Assembly (NCBI GenBank): GCA_030390025.1
Contig: CM059430.1
Span: 62,620,001 to 62,684,000 of the forward strand
Source: Squalus acanthias
Taxonomy: Eukaryota
Direction: 5' to 3'
Length of the DNA: 64,000 nucleotides
A model generated the notes under the pieces. That model saw only the letters and a list, made by a program, of their open reading frames with translations, did no database searches and was not told the origin of the DNA. Made by a program: the position numbers and the translations under genes. Below are positions 1-11,360 of this stretch, piece after piece (position 1 is the first letter of the stretch; the number at the start of each line of letters is the position of its first letter).

Positions 1-1075
1 CCGCTGGCTGGAGTCATACGTAGCACAAAGGAAGATGATTGTAGTGTATGGAGGTCAATCATCACAGCTTCAGAATATCGCTGCAGGAGTTCCTTAGGGC
101 AGTATCCGAGGCATTCAGCTGCTTCATCAACGACCTTCGCACCAGCGAAAGGTCAGCAATGGTGATGTTCGCAGCCGACTGCACAGTGTGCAGTGCCATT
201 CATAACTACTCAGATAATAAAGCAGTATATATCCGCAAGCAACAAGAACTGAACGATATTCAGGCGTGGGCAGATAACTGGCAGGTAACAATCACGCCAC
301 ACAAGTGCCAGGCAATCACTATCGCCAACAAGCGAGCGTCTAACTACCTCCCCTTGACGTTGAACGGCATTACCATCGCCGAATACCCCACCATCAACAT
401 CCTGTGAATCACCAATGACCAGAAACATAACTGGACCTGCCACATAAATACTGTGGCAACAAGAGCAGGTCAGAGGCTGGGTATTCTGCAGCGAGTGTCT
501 CAACGCCTCCTGACTCCCCAAAGTCTTTGCACCATTTAAAGGCACAAGTAAGAAGTGTGATTGAATACTCTCCATTTATCCAGATGAGTGTAGCTCCAAC
601 AACACTCACGAAGCTCGACACCATCCAGAACAAAGCAGCCCGCTTGATTAGCACCCCATCCACCACCTTAAACATTCACTCCCTCCACCACCTGCATACT
701 TTGGCTGCAGTGTTTACCATCTACAAGATTCACTGGAGCAACTCGGCAAGGCTTCTTCAGCACCACCTCCCAAATCTGCGACCTCTACCACCTAGAAGGC
801 CAAGTGCAGCAGGCGGAAGGGAACACCACCAACTCCAAGTTCCCCTTCAAGTCATACATCATTCTGACTTGGACGTACATCGCCGTTGCTTGATCGTCGC
901 TAGGTCAAAATCCTGGAACTCCATCCCCAACGGCAGTGTGGATGTGCCTTCAGCACACGGACTGCAGTGGTTCAAGAAGGCGGCTCACTACCACCTTCTC
1001 AAGGGCAACTAGGTATGGGCAATAAATGCTGGCCTTGCCAGCGACGCCCACATCCGATGAACGAATAACAAAAAA
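1..1075 (+). mobile_element. Non-LTR retrotransposon (CR1-group LINE), degenerate RT 3' fragment
   Basis: FSCFINDL...MFAAD (RT FADD region), QVRSVIEYSP, 3' tail; related copies at 36630-38075 and 52845-54310 on the minus strand. Confidence 0.8.
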
Positions 1076-1077
1076 GG

Positions 1078-1510
1078 AAAGATTGGATAGGCTGGGGTTG
1101 TTTTCTTTGGAACAGAGGAGGCTGAAGTGGAGACTTAATTGAGGTGTTTTTAATTATAAGGGGTCTTCATAGAGTCGGTAGGAAGCACCTATATGACTTA
1201 GCAGAGAGCCAATTATCAAAGGGCACATATTTAATTAATTGGTAGAAGGATTAGACGGGAGTTGAGGAGAAGTTGTTTCACTCAGAGGGCGTTGGGGGTC
1301 TGGATTGCACTGCCTGAAAGGGTGGTAGAGGCAGAAACCCTCATCACATTTAAAAGGTACTTGGATATGCATTGAAGTGCCGTAACCTGCAAGGCTATGG
1401 ATCAACAGCTGGAAAGTGGGATTAGGCTGGATGGTTCTTTTTCGACCGGCGCAGACACGATGGACCGAAAAGCCTCCTTCTGTGCCATAAATTTCTATGG
1501 TTCTATCACT
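1078..1510 (+). mobile_element. CR1 LINE 3' fragment
   Basis: Typical CR1 ORF2 C-terminus and 3' UTR ending in ttctat repeats. Confidence 0.75.
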
Positions 1511-2035
1511 CTTTTCAAATTTTATGGAGAGTTGCTCCATGGCCCCTTGGCCCTTCTGTCCTGATGTGACAACACCCGTTCATCCACATTCTCAATATTT
1601 AGACCAAGTGGACAATCACGGACCGAAGCACGAAAGAGTTGTTCAATTTCCTGAATCTAACCCTGTCGATTTGCAGGACTCTGGGAATTTAAAACCACAC
1701 CATTCTGGGAGGAGAATGCCAACAAGATATCTCGAAGATTGTGTCGTTGTATAACACTTACATCTGATGTGCTTAAATTAGGTTACCGTCATTAAAAAGC
1801 AATAAATGATAACTGATATGTGAACGCCCAAAACAAATGTGCAGAAGGAGGGCAGAAACAGCACCAAAGATGAATTACTAAGAAGGTATTAGAACAATAA
1901 TGCATGTTCAGTCAGTAAACTATAGCCATTAAATAAAGAGGAACTAAATTACTCTACTTGTTTGAAAATCCTTTGTTTTTCGTTTCGCCATTAAGATGAG
2001 GCTTAAAACTGGAAACAAAACTTGTAACATCATAA

Positions 2036-2990
2036 TTCATAGAATCATAGAATAGAAGCGTAGAATGGTTACAGCACATTCGGGCCGTCGAGCCCGTGCC
2101 GAGGCTCTGCAAGAGCACTTCAGCTAATCCCACTCCCCCAGCCCATTCGCCGTAGATCTGCAATGTTTTTCCTTCATGTGCTTATCCAATTCCCTTTTGA
2201 AAGCCACGATTGAATCTACCCCCACCACCCCTCCAGGCACTGCATTCCAGATCATTGACTTTCCTCGTTTATCCTACCAAAATCTATCACTTCGCACTTT
2301 TCTGCGTTACATTTTATCTGCCACATGTCCGCCCATTACACTAGCCTACCTGTGTCCTCTTGAAGTCTATCACTATCTTCCTCACTGTTCACTATAGTTC
2401 CAAGTTCTGTGTCATCTGTATATTTTGAAATTGTGCCCTGTACACTCAAGTCCAAGTCATTAATATATATCAAGAAAAGCAGTAACGACCCTTGGGGAAC
2501 ACCACTGTATAGGTTCCTTCAGTCTGAAAAACAACCGTTCACCACTACTCTGTTTGCTGTCACTTAGCCAATTTCGTAGCCATGCTGTCACTGTCCCTTG
2601 TATTCCATGGGCTTCAACTTTTCTGCTATGCCTATTATGTGGCACTTTATCAAACTCCTTTTGGAAGCCCTTGTACACCACATCAACCGCATTGCCCTCA
2701 TCAAACCTTTATGTTATCTCATCAAAAAACTCAATCAAGTTAGTTAAACACGATTTGCCTCTAACAAATCCGTGCTGACTTTCCTTAATTAATTCAGACT
2801 TGTCCAAGTGACTGTTAATTTTGTCCCAGATTATCGTTTCTAAAAGATTCCCCACTACCGAGGTTAAACTGACTGGCCTGTAGTTGCTAGGTTTATCCTT
2901 GCGCCCTTTTTTGAACAAGGGTGGAACATTTGCAATTTTCCAGTCCCCTGGAACCAGCCCCGAATCTAAGTAGGATTGGAAGATTACAAC
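2036..2990 (-). mobile_element. CR1 LINE RT fragment with internal deletion
   Basis: NYRPVSLTSVVG, SQHGF..GKSCLTNLIEFF, FDKVPH; (ATAGA)n tail at ~2036-2065. Confidence 0.88.
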
Positions 2991-3247
2991 ATTTACAAGA
3001 AAATATTTAACCCAAATGATACAATAGAATTTTCTGTGTTTTCTTCAGATTCTGACCACGTTTTCGGATGGAACTTGCATCTGTCTGACAATCCAGAGTT
3101 TACAGTGTAAGGGATTTCCAGCGATAGCACTCTGTCAGCGGAAAACAAGCTCAAAAAGGCAGGGGCCGACAGCTCCCAGCATGGAGCACTGTGACTGCTT
3201 TTAATAGTCTTTGTAGAGAATAGAGAGCATACACTTACAGCAATACA

Positions 3248-3536
3248 TAGAAACATAGACACATAGAAACTAGGAGCAGGAGTAGGCCATTCGGCCCGTC
3301 GAGCCTGCTCCACCATTCAATACGATCATGGCTGATCATCCAAATCCAGTACCCTGTCCCTGTTTTCTCACACAGAATCCCCATCGAGCCTGCACCGACA
3401 CATATCCCACCCTATCCCCGTAACCCCAGGTATTTAATTCCCCCTAACATATCCCATCCTATCCCTGTAACCCCACATATTTAATCCCCTCCTAACACTA
3501 AGGGTCAATTTATCATAGCCAAATCAACCAAACCCG
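3248..3536 (-). mobile_element. SINE/CR1-tail insertion present only in the left arm, TACA target duplication
   Basis: CR1-type tail plus SINE-like body; flanked by TACA at 3244-3247 and 3537-3540; empty site near 50697. Confidence 0.7.
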
Positions 3537-5933
3537 TACAAAAGCAAAATACTGTGGATGCTGGAAATCTGCAATAAAAACAGAAAATGCTGCAAATACT
3601 CAGCAGGTCAGGCAGCATCTGTAGACAGAGAAACAGAATTAACGTTTCAGGTCGATGACCCTTCAGCACAGAGAATAGCGAACATTCACTTACAGCTGCT
3701 CGTTTCTGAGTTCAGTGATCACAACCCTACTCAGAACACGCCAGATCTTGAGTTTCTTAAAAACAACCCTCGACCCCGCACCACCAATCACCCCGACCCC
3801 ACCGCCCCCGCCGGCCACTGTCCATCAACGGAAGCCGCATTGCTGAACAATCATGGCAACAGAAAGGAGATGAAGCCTTTAGTAGAGGCCATGCCCTCGT
3901 TTATGCACCACTCGAGCCTCCTCCCATCCTTCCTCCATTTCTATCAGCATAACCCTCTATTCCCTTCTCCCTCATATGTTAATCTTGCCGCCCCATAAAT
4001 GCATCAACACTCAGTTAATCTTAAAGGCGGCAGTTCAATCAAGGCACAAATCCGTCAGTACCATATATTATTATATCTGTACACATTTTCTATCCACTGT
4101 ACCATTTACAATGGAAATTGCTACCGTAAGTTTGTCAAGCTGTATTTAGACCCTCCCCGCATTAGAGGCATTGCAGCGCCGCCACTGCCAGGGAGTGTAA
4201 TTGCAGGCTAACGGTTTAAGAGAAAATTTTGTAGAAATGAATATCGGAATTTACAGATCAGAATGTACATGACTTTAAATGGGTATAGAGGTACGTCTGC
4301 ATGCACTGGTCCAAATATCACCCAGCCTCTAACCTTGTGTCGCCTGATGACTACACTCCAGTTTGAATCGCCTTGTTGAGCTCAATGCGAGTTTGACTGT
4401 ATTTTAGAAAATGTACCTTACATTTAATAAAATGGCTGATGCAGACTTACATAATAGAAGCACTGTCAGTGACTTATGATAAGATGAGCTACAACATGAT
4501 AGGAAACCTTTGTGATGATGGTTACGTCATTTTGTGGAATATTTCAGCAAGTCCTGTTGCTGACAATGACTTACCCTACATATAAAAAGGACGCGGACGT
4601 AAAATTAAGTTACTTTTTCCTTCCTATTTTGCGAAGCCTCTTGGGACGTTTCCTTCTATTTTAAAGGCGTTATAAAAATATAGATTGTTCTTGTTGTTGG
4701 ATCCTGTGGTGGGTTCTGGTTTCAACTGGAAACATTCGCTCCTCTCCACACTTGACAACAAACATCAGATAAAACTAAGGGTGAGTGATTGTATGAATTA
4801 ATCAGCGAATTATAGGTAATAATTTGTGGCGTACTGTGTTACGCACACAATCTTATCTACAATTTTTAAGTGCGGCGTCCGTGTACACGTGCAATATGAC
4901 ACACCCTTTAGAATATCCTTCAAATCACGGTGAAGCCTCCCATGCACTCGAATTAGAAGAATATTACCCTTCACTTTTCTTAACATATTTTGCCCATTGA
5001 ACTCTTGACCTGGAATATCATTCGACGAACGGTTTTTGTTTATCTAGCTAACATATCTGCTATCAAATCAATTTGCATAGTTTAATCGTGGCTCCCACGA
5101 TTTTCCTTCTAACTTTTTAGGCGGGACGCGCTGATAACAGGAAATTGCATTTGCAAAGAATCCCTGACCTGAAACACACATCGACAGTTCTCTAATGGAA
5201 TCATCAAAGCTCTATTTCCTAAATATTCAATAAGGTTATTATAACGTGAAAATAATTCCCTACGTTATCACTGACGGTTCAGATTCAGGTAACTGTGTTC
5301 GGAATAGTTCAGGTCTCCAGAGATATAACACGTCACAATGAATAGGATCTCCCAAGTATTGCGTGGAATGTGCAGCGATGTGTGGAATTATAGTAGAACA
5401 GTCTCTATACACAACTACTGTGTTAAAAAGTCATTTTTCTCACATCCAGCCTTTCTCCTAAAATATTGCTATTGTTATTAAAGAACTGATTATAAACAAT
5501 TTATAAATGCTCCCAGTTTCCTCAGCTTTGACATTTCCAGTATATCGGGTGACGTTAAAAGCAGCGTACAGCCTAAGGGAAGTTTAAGACTATTTGCTCA
5601 ATGAGATTCACTGCAAGGAATGTGCACATTGGACATCTTAATCTGGGAGAAACCAACATTGCCTCAGTGATCGGTGGTAAATTCTCCATTTAAAATTCGG
5701 ATATTATTTTTCCTAATTCTTTGCTGACCGTGACATATGTGATTCCAATGGCTGCATAAGAGCAGAACGGTCATCAAATTTCACTTCACGAACGAAACCG
5801 ATTATTTAAGCCGCAGACACAGGATGTAAAACGTCATTGTGACGCATTTCAGTTTAAATAATCAGCAAACCCTGCTTTCAGTGGCAAACACACGGTCAGT
5901 GCAGTCAGTGATCCGTTGAATCTTTTGCTCGGA

Positions 5934-5994
5934 ATGTTGTCGAGTGTGATGTTTCTTTTCCTATTCCTGTCTCTCCTGGGGATCATTTACACAG
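5934..5994 (+). CDS. Gene A exon 1, signal peptide
   Basis: ATG at 5934, 20 mostly hydrophobic codons, ACAG|GTACCT donor; homologous exons in genes B and C. Confidence 0.8.
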
Positions 5995-8900
5995 GTACCT
6001 GTTATTCTCATTCGAGCAGTCTTGATAAAAAAACTTACCAGAAGTAGTTACCACACAAATTGAATGAAATATGGTTAGTCGATCTTTATTCTTGTTACTC
6101 ATTTTCATTTCCATGTAGTAATGTGTTCTAAAATATTTGGTTCCGCATAGAGTACCATTAACCAAACTTTGAATATATTTTCTAACAGCTGCTGCACGTA
6201 CTTCGATCAGCGTGTCTCAAACTCCCAGACAAGTAACTAAATTAAGGGGGGCAGACATCACCTTCCAGTGCTTAGTCCCCCGGTCTCTTGAAAATTCAGG
6301 GGTAGAAGTGCGCTGGTGGAAACAGGGTGAGAATGAATATCTGCAAAGAGGAGCCGATAACAGAAAACTATTTACTCTGAAAGATAATGGAATCGGTTTT
6401 TTTGAGTTACTGAACGTGACTTTCCGGGACTCTGGAATGTATCACTGCGCAGTGATCCGTCAGGGAGGAATTATTGGAAATGGAACAGGATCGCATCTAA
6501 CTGTGACCGGTAAGTGACTGGAGAGAGCGGGACCGTCCAAATGTATCAAATGTAACAAGGATGATGTTTTGTCATTGTTTTACTGCACCGTCTTCGATAT
6601 TATAAAACAATTATATTAATACATTTGCAGTGACCCTCTGCTGAGAATTGCTAATTAAATGGCATAATATGACGTTCCATTTGCTGAGTTCTGTAACATT
6701 CCATCAATATTAACCAGATTAAGTAGCACGTTACTCGATCCTTCTCAAAATGCATTTATTACATCAGACTTCTGAAGAAGGAAGTTACGGATCAAATTCC
6801 AAATTTATTGATGACTGAATTATTTTTTTTCTCTTAATGCGCCGCTCCCGCCATAAACACGGCTCTCTCAGGGAGCGACCGAGGATAACATTCTTCTCTC
6901 ATGTTTAATATCCCCCAGTAACCTGATTTTCTCCATTCTCTGTTCCGCAGCTGCCCCAACTCCATTGAAGATTGTCTCCAGCACACCCGAGACCAATTCA
7001 GCTGCGTCTCTGATTCTTGTATGTGAAACGGCTGAGTTTTACCCGGGCGATTTAACCCTCGTTTGGTATAAAAATGGCATTGAAACCGCAATTGGGATAA
7101 ATTTCACTAAACGGCAGAACACTGAGGGACTGTATGAAGTTTCCAGCTCTTTTGAAGAGACGCATCCTTTGCCGAACGGGGCTGTTTACATCTGTTTGGT
7201 ATCTCATGCCTCCCTCCGGACGCCCGCCATTCTCATCCACACAGGTACGAAGCCAATATGCCAAGGAGTGAGGTCAGCCTCTGTTATATTCTGAAAGGTT
7301 ATTTCATAGAGTTTGTTCATATTTAGAATCATTAAGTTAGTTTGGAAAGCGCCCAGAAAACAGCAAAGCAAAGAGAAAATTAGTGTTTCAATGTAAAATC
7401 TTATTGACACGGAGCCATAGTAAAACCGAATGATTATTATCGTTCTCCACCCCTGTTAAACTTCATCAGCTTCCAACTGTTAAACACATATGAGCAGGCG
7501 ATGTATCTCTTCTATCCAATTATTTTCATTTCTTGCTGATTACTCAAAATTCATTTGTTTCCCTTTATCTGGTTCCTTACATGAGTTGCAGAACCAGGAG
7601 CGGCAGTTCGTTTGTCTGATTTCGAGCGTCTCCTAGTGGGTCTCCTGAGCCCGACCTCTGATGGGCGATTCACTGTGAGGGTTTTTACACTGTAAATTAA
7701 TCGCAAACACAAACCCATTTCCTGTGTTCGCAGCTCTTATTTTTCAGCAATGGCCTTCTACCCCAAAGTGCTGGATAAGCCGAGCAACCTAGAACATACA
7801 CTAAAATTCCATCATGTTTCCAAATCCCAAGACTCCAACACAGGACAACATGATTAATCCTAGGTCGTACCTTCTTCTATTATGTTCAAGGTTACCTTAA
7901 CCTCCAACTTGACTGATCGAAATCTGTTTTATTGTTTCGTCCTGGCCACAGCTCTGTCTACACCCCTTCCAGCCACACAGTCTCCCCATCCCACTTACTC
8001 TCTTTGCATCACCTCTCCAAAAGCCTCTTTCACCTAGTACATGTTGCCTTCCATCTTCCCACATCACTAAGACAGTAAACAAAGATTAGAGATAGATGTT
8101 GAGTATATTAAAATTGGAAATTGTGTGGGAGCCAATACACAACATTTGGAACTACCTAAGGAGAGAAATAACAGAGATTCCATTCATTAGGAGTGAAACA
8201 GACAAAATGCAAAAGGATGCAGCATAGACCTTTAGATAGACGTTTACAGACACCACAATGAATACAATGTGTGACAAACATAACAATAGAAAAAATTAAG
8301 AAAGAAGAATGTGTAAGGCAAAGATAGAGAGGGCAGCACAAAAGTAATTCGCAAGTGGGAAAGAAGCAAAGATACAATTGCAAGAAGAGCAACACCACAG
8401 GAGACTGATGATATTATAACCCCCGGAGTCACCTTCTTGTTACAGAATAGCCTATGCTCAAACGTACTGTGCACACCATCATTGGAAATCCATATATAAG
8501 CTTATTTCCCATGGCTTTGCGCATGGCGAGTAAGAGGTTGTACTGCTGCATAGGAAGGAGTGTGGCTTTCTGAGGGATGTAAGTAGGAGCCGTGGACACC
8601 TGAATCGAAAGAATTTGGAAATCTTTTCATAAGGAACTGAAATTAAGGAAACCTTTTTGAATGGTTGCTGGAGTACACGGACAATTCATGGGAATATAAT
8701 AAAAAACACATAAAATCGATGTTTGAATGATTAGAGCAACCCAATGTGTTGTACAACCGGGTATCTCGTCTGCCTTACAAACATTCTCAGTATAACATTA
8801 GTAAGCCTTCATGTTCCTGTATTTGATACATAACACGTATAAACATGAGGCTTATCTTTGTTTCCCGATTATATTTCATATTTTGCTGATTGTTACTCTT

Positions 8901-10292
8901 TGTTTTGTTTCCATGTTAAAATGTTTATTCATTACCGTTATCTGGTTTTACTTCATCTGGACGATTACCTGAACCTACGGTCAAGTTGTCTGCTCTCGTG
9001 TTTCTCCCAATGCAGTTCCCCATCATGATCCGCTTTTTGGCGAGTTTGAATGAAGAGTTCTGAAATTAACCCTTTGACCAACTTCTAATCCTGGCAGAGC
9101 GGTCTGAAGTGGGCTCTGTCTCATACATTTAATTTAAACTGTGCTTACTGTCTGACTGCTGTGCAGCCAGTTACATAATTTAATTACGCACTGATAAACT
9201 CGGCAGACAATAATTAATAAACCATCTCCTTCACTATTCAGTGACAATCTTACTTCAATAAAGTACAGATATGTGAACTGGGGGTTTTAACCGATTTCTG
9301 CAAGTCGGCATTTTGTAGAGGGAACGGCGAAACAATTGTTGCCGAATTGCCTGGGATTACATTAGACAGTAAGTAAAGAACATAAGAAAAGTGACGAATA
9401 AGAACAAACCATTTGGTCGAGGGAAACATTCAGCTCGTATATTACCTCACCTACACCAATCCCTCTTCGCAGTTTATGCCATAATTGTCTCATTCATTTG
9501 ATGCGGAAGTCCCTCCCATTATTATATCTAAAACGAATAACAGTTTTTAATTAAAACATCCTTATTGCCGTTCAATACTACGGAGTTACTAAAACATCAA
9601 TAGTTCAAACAATGAACTCTGCTGAGGCCTCTTTTTAGGAAACACCCGTCACAATGTACAACTTAATATATTTACTCCTATTATTCTTGCAGTTAGTGTC
9701 GGTATGACCCCTTACGACTCGGGTTTTAGATATGCGGTGGATGGATTGGCGTTCCTGCTGCTCCTGATCATCATTGGGACGCACTGCCTATTGCAGATTA
9801 ATAAAGGTGAGGTCTATAGTAAGCATTTGATTTTCATACAATAATTCAGCGAGCAACGGGGGACGGGGGAGTGAGTGTTTCCGAGTAGCGCAGAGGAAGG
9901 AGAACTAAATTATGACTTAAAGTTGAAGGCAGTGCTATCTGATTTCAGGGAGCGCTGATTATTCCGAACAGCAACGGATTCAGCTCTTTAAAACTCAGAA
10001 ATACTCCCAGAATTTAAATTAAAAGTGTCTGATTATCTAGATATTTGCTACAGAAATTTCCACTTCGCAGCATGATGAATGGAACGTATGTTGAATAGGT
10101 GTGAGACTCCGGCCCGGACTGGTTGTACACCATTCCTGGTCTCTGCAGTGGGATTTCAAACACTGATAGCACAAAGTGAAATTGAAAATCATGTTCGGCA
10201 TTATACCGACTCTGGAAACTTCTTTGAAAACATTTATTACATTTCATTACTTCACAGGGAAAAATTGCTGCAAAGTGACCGAACTGGCGTGA
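5934..10292 (+). CDS. Gene A: non-rearranging VJ-C1-TM Ig-superfamily receptor with a short tail, ~274 aa. Exons 5934-5994, 6189-6509, 6951-7244, 9693-9806, 10258-10292
   Basis: Leader MLSSVMFLFLFLSLLGIIYT; V domain C...WW...DSGMYHC plus J-like GNGTGSHLTV; C1 domain LVC...FYP...WYKNG...YICLVSHASL; TM exon FRYAVDGLAFLLLLIIIG; tail GKNCCKVTELA*. All junctions are phase 1 with GT-AG, total 825 nt, open frame. The C1 donor and last exon are less certain. Confidence 0.8.
6189..6509 (+). CDS. Gene A exon 2, germline-joined VJ Ig domain
   Basis: ttttctaacag acceptor and G|GTAAGT donor; B-strand Cys, WW, DSGxYxC and GxGSxLxV G-strand all in one exon. Confidence 0.93.
6951..7244 (+). CDS. Gene A exon 3, C1-set Ig domain
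   Basis: ctctgttccgcag acceptor; C-x4-FYP, WYKNG, YEVSSS, YxCxVxHxSL; phase-1 donor ACAG|GTACGA (3' end ambiguous). Confidence 0.88.
9693..9806 (+). CDS. Gene A exon 4, TM exon with Arg and Asp
   Basis: ttattcttgcag acceptor, AAG|GTGAGG donor; VSVGMTPYDSGFRYAVDGLAFLLLLIIIGTHCLLQINK; 114 nt as in genes B and C. Confidence 0.85.
10258..10292 (+). CDS. Gene A exon 5, short cytoplasmic tail ending in an early stop
   Basis: atttcattacttcacag acceptor; GKNCCKVTELA-TGA; downstream donor CTG|GTACAT at 10299/10300; homologous to the gene B exon at 23356-23396. Confidence 0.6.
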
Positions 10293-10957
10293 GGAGCTGG
10301 TACATTTATTCATTCATCTCGCAAAAGGTTCAAATGTGAAGAAAGATTAATATCCTAATTACGTCAGAACTGTTTGTCCATTTACTAAAAGTATTTGTCC
10401 CGCTTAATGGGCCATTCAAATCGTATTCAGCGGAATATTTGTCGCCGGCGGGAAAGGATTTCACCCTCGAGGCGAAATTGCTGTTCGGAAAAAAATGCGA
10501 GCGCGGTGTAAAACCGGTTGCCGAATCGCTATCGCCTGTTTCGTGCTACCGACGAAGACCAATTTCAGCTGCGTCCCCGATGCGTTGCTGGTTTAAGTGA
10601 TTTTCTAGCAGACAAAAAAACGGTCAGCTTCGTCGAAAATGTACCTAAGTAATAACTGTTTATAGATTCAATATTGTTTGTAATTGGGCAACTCCGTGTT
10701 CTGGAACTACCGCTCGTTTAAACATTTCCGTGACACTGCAGTGTAAAACGAATATTGACAGGTTTAATTATGAGTTATAACGAACGCAGTACTCACCGGT
10801 CAAACATTCGCACTTGTTTCACTGCATTAATTATGCTTCCTGCCCTTTGTATCTAACCCATGTTGTTCTGTTCAATGTTTAAGCAGTAGTATGTAAGCTG
10901 GTGAAGGCAATGAACTAGCCACATTAGAAAATATATAATTATTTCTGGCCCATGCGG

Positions 10958-11360
10958 GAAGAAAAGGCTTAGATTGTTGATATGCTGCAGTAGGTTTGAG
11001 CAGAACTAAGTTAACTACAAGATGTAAACTTGAAGAGGAGAGTAATGTGTCCCATCAGCCGGGGCTGGGTAGCGGATCAGAAAGACACAGATCACCAGTG
11101 CAGCACCAACATTCATGCGATAACTGAGACTACAAGTTTGGGTGACTCGGATCGTGTAGTGTACCTCAAGCTGTCTGTGTGTTATTCTGATGATTGTTTT
11201 CGGCAGCAGTCCACAAAATTGGCAAAACGACCAATTTACAATATTTCCAAACACGGGCTTACCGACAAAACAAGGGACCTACGCGACTCTAGATTTGTCA
11301 GGCTCGAAAAAGCATGGACTCCAAAAATAAAAAAAACAGGGTAACATATTCCGGTGTTAT
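10958..11360 (+). pseudogene. Decayed ITIM-tail exons downstream of gene A (relics at 10958-11058 and from 11265)
   Basis: Aligns to gene B tail exons. Acceptor cag>cgg, in-frame TAG, 1-nt deletion, donor gt>cc; second acceptor cag>ccg; residual YAAV and TYATLDL. Confidence 0.7.

Noticed and set aside
3558-3998. 146-aa ORF conserved in both arms (also 50238..50678)
   Set aside because: It starts in an antisense Penelope terminal repeat, has no recognisable domain, and its conservation is explained by the recent duplication
5140-5160. Ig-promoter octamer upstream of gene A
   Set aside because: ATTTGCAA is not an exact ATTTGCAT and lies ~780 bp from the ATG
5828-5862. CRE-like TGACGCA and TTTAAATA as the promoter of gene A
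   Set aside because: Position is plausible but the motifs are short, imperfect and only loosely kept in gene B; not supportable without TSS data
6189-7244. Rearranging TCR or Ig light-chain locus
   Set aside because: V and J are fused in one exon, no RSS or separate D/J segments are seen, and TM and ITIM tail exons follow
8155-8580. Coding-looking purine-rich stretch ending in a GTAAGT donor in gene A intron 3
   Set aside because: The frames I translated contain stops and show no recognisable domain; origin unresolved
11030-11344. 104-aa ORF downstream of gene A
   Set aside because: It runs through intron sequence and out-of-frame relics of the ITIM exons
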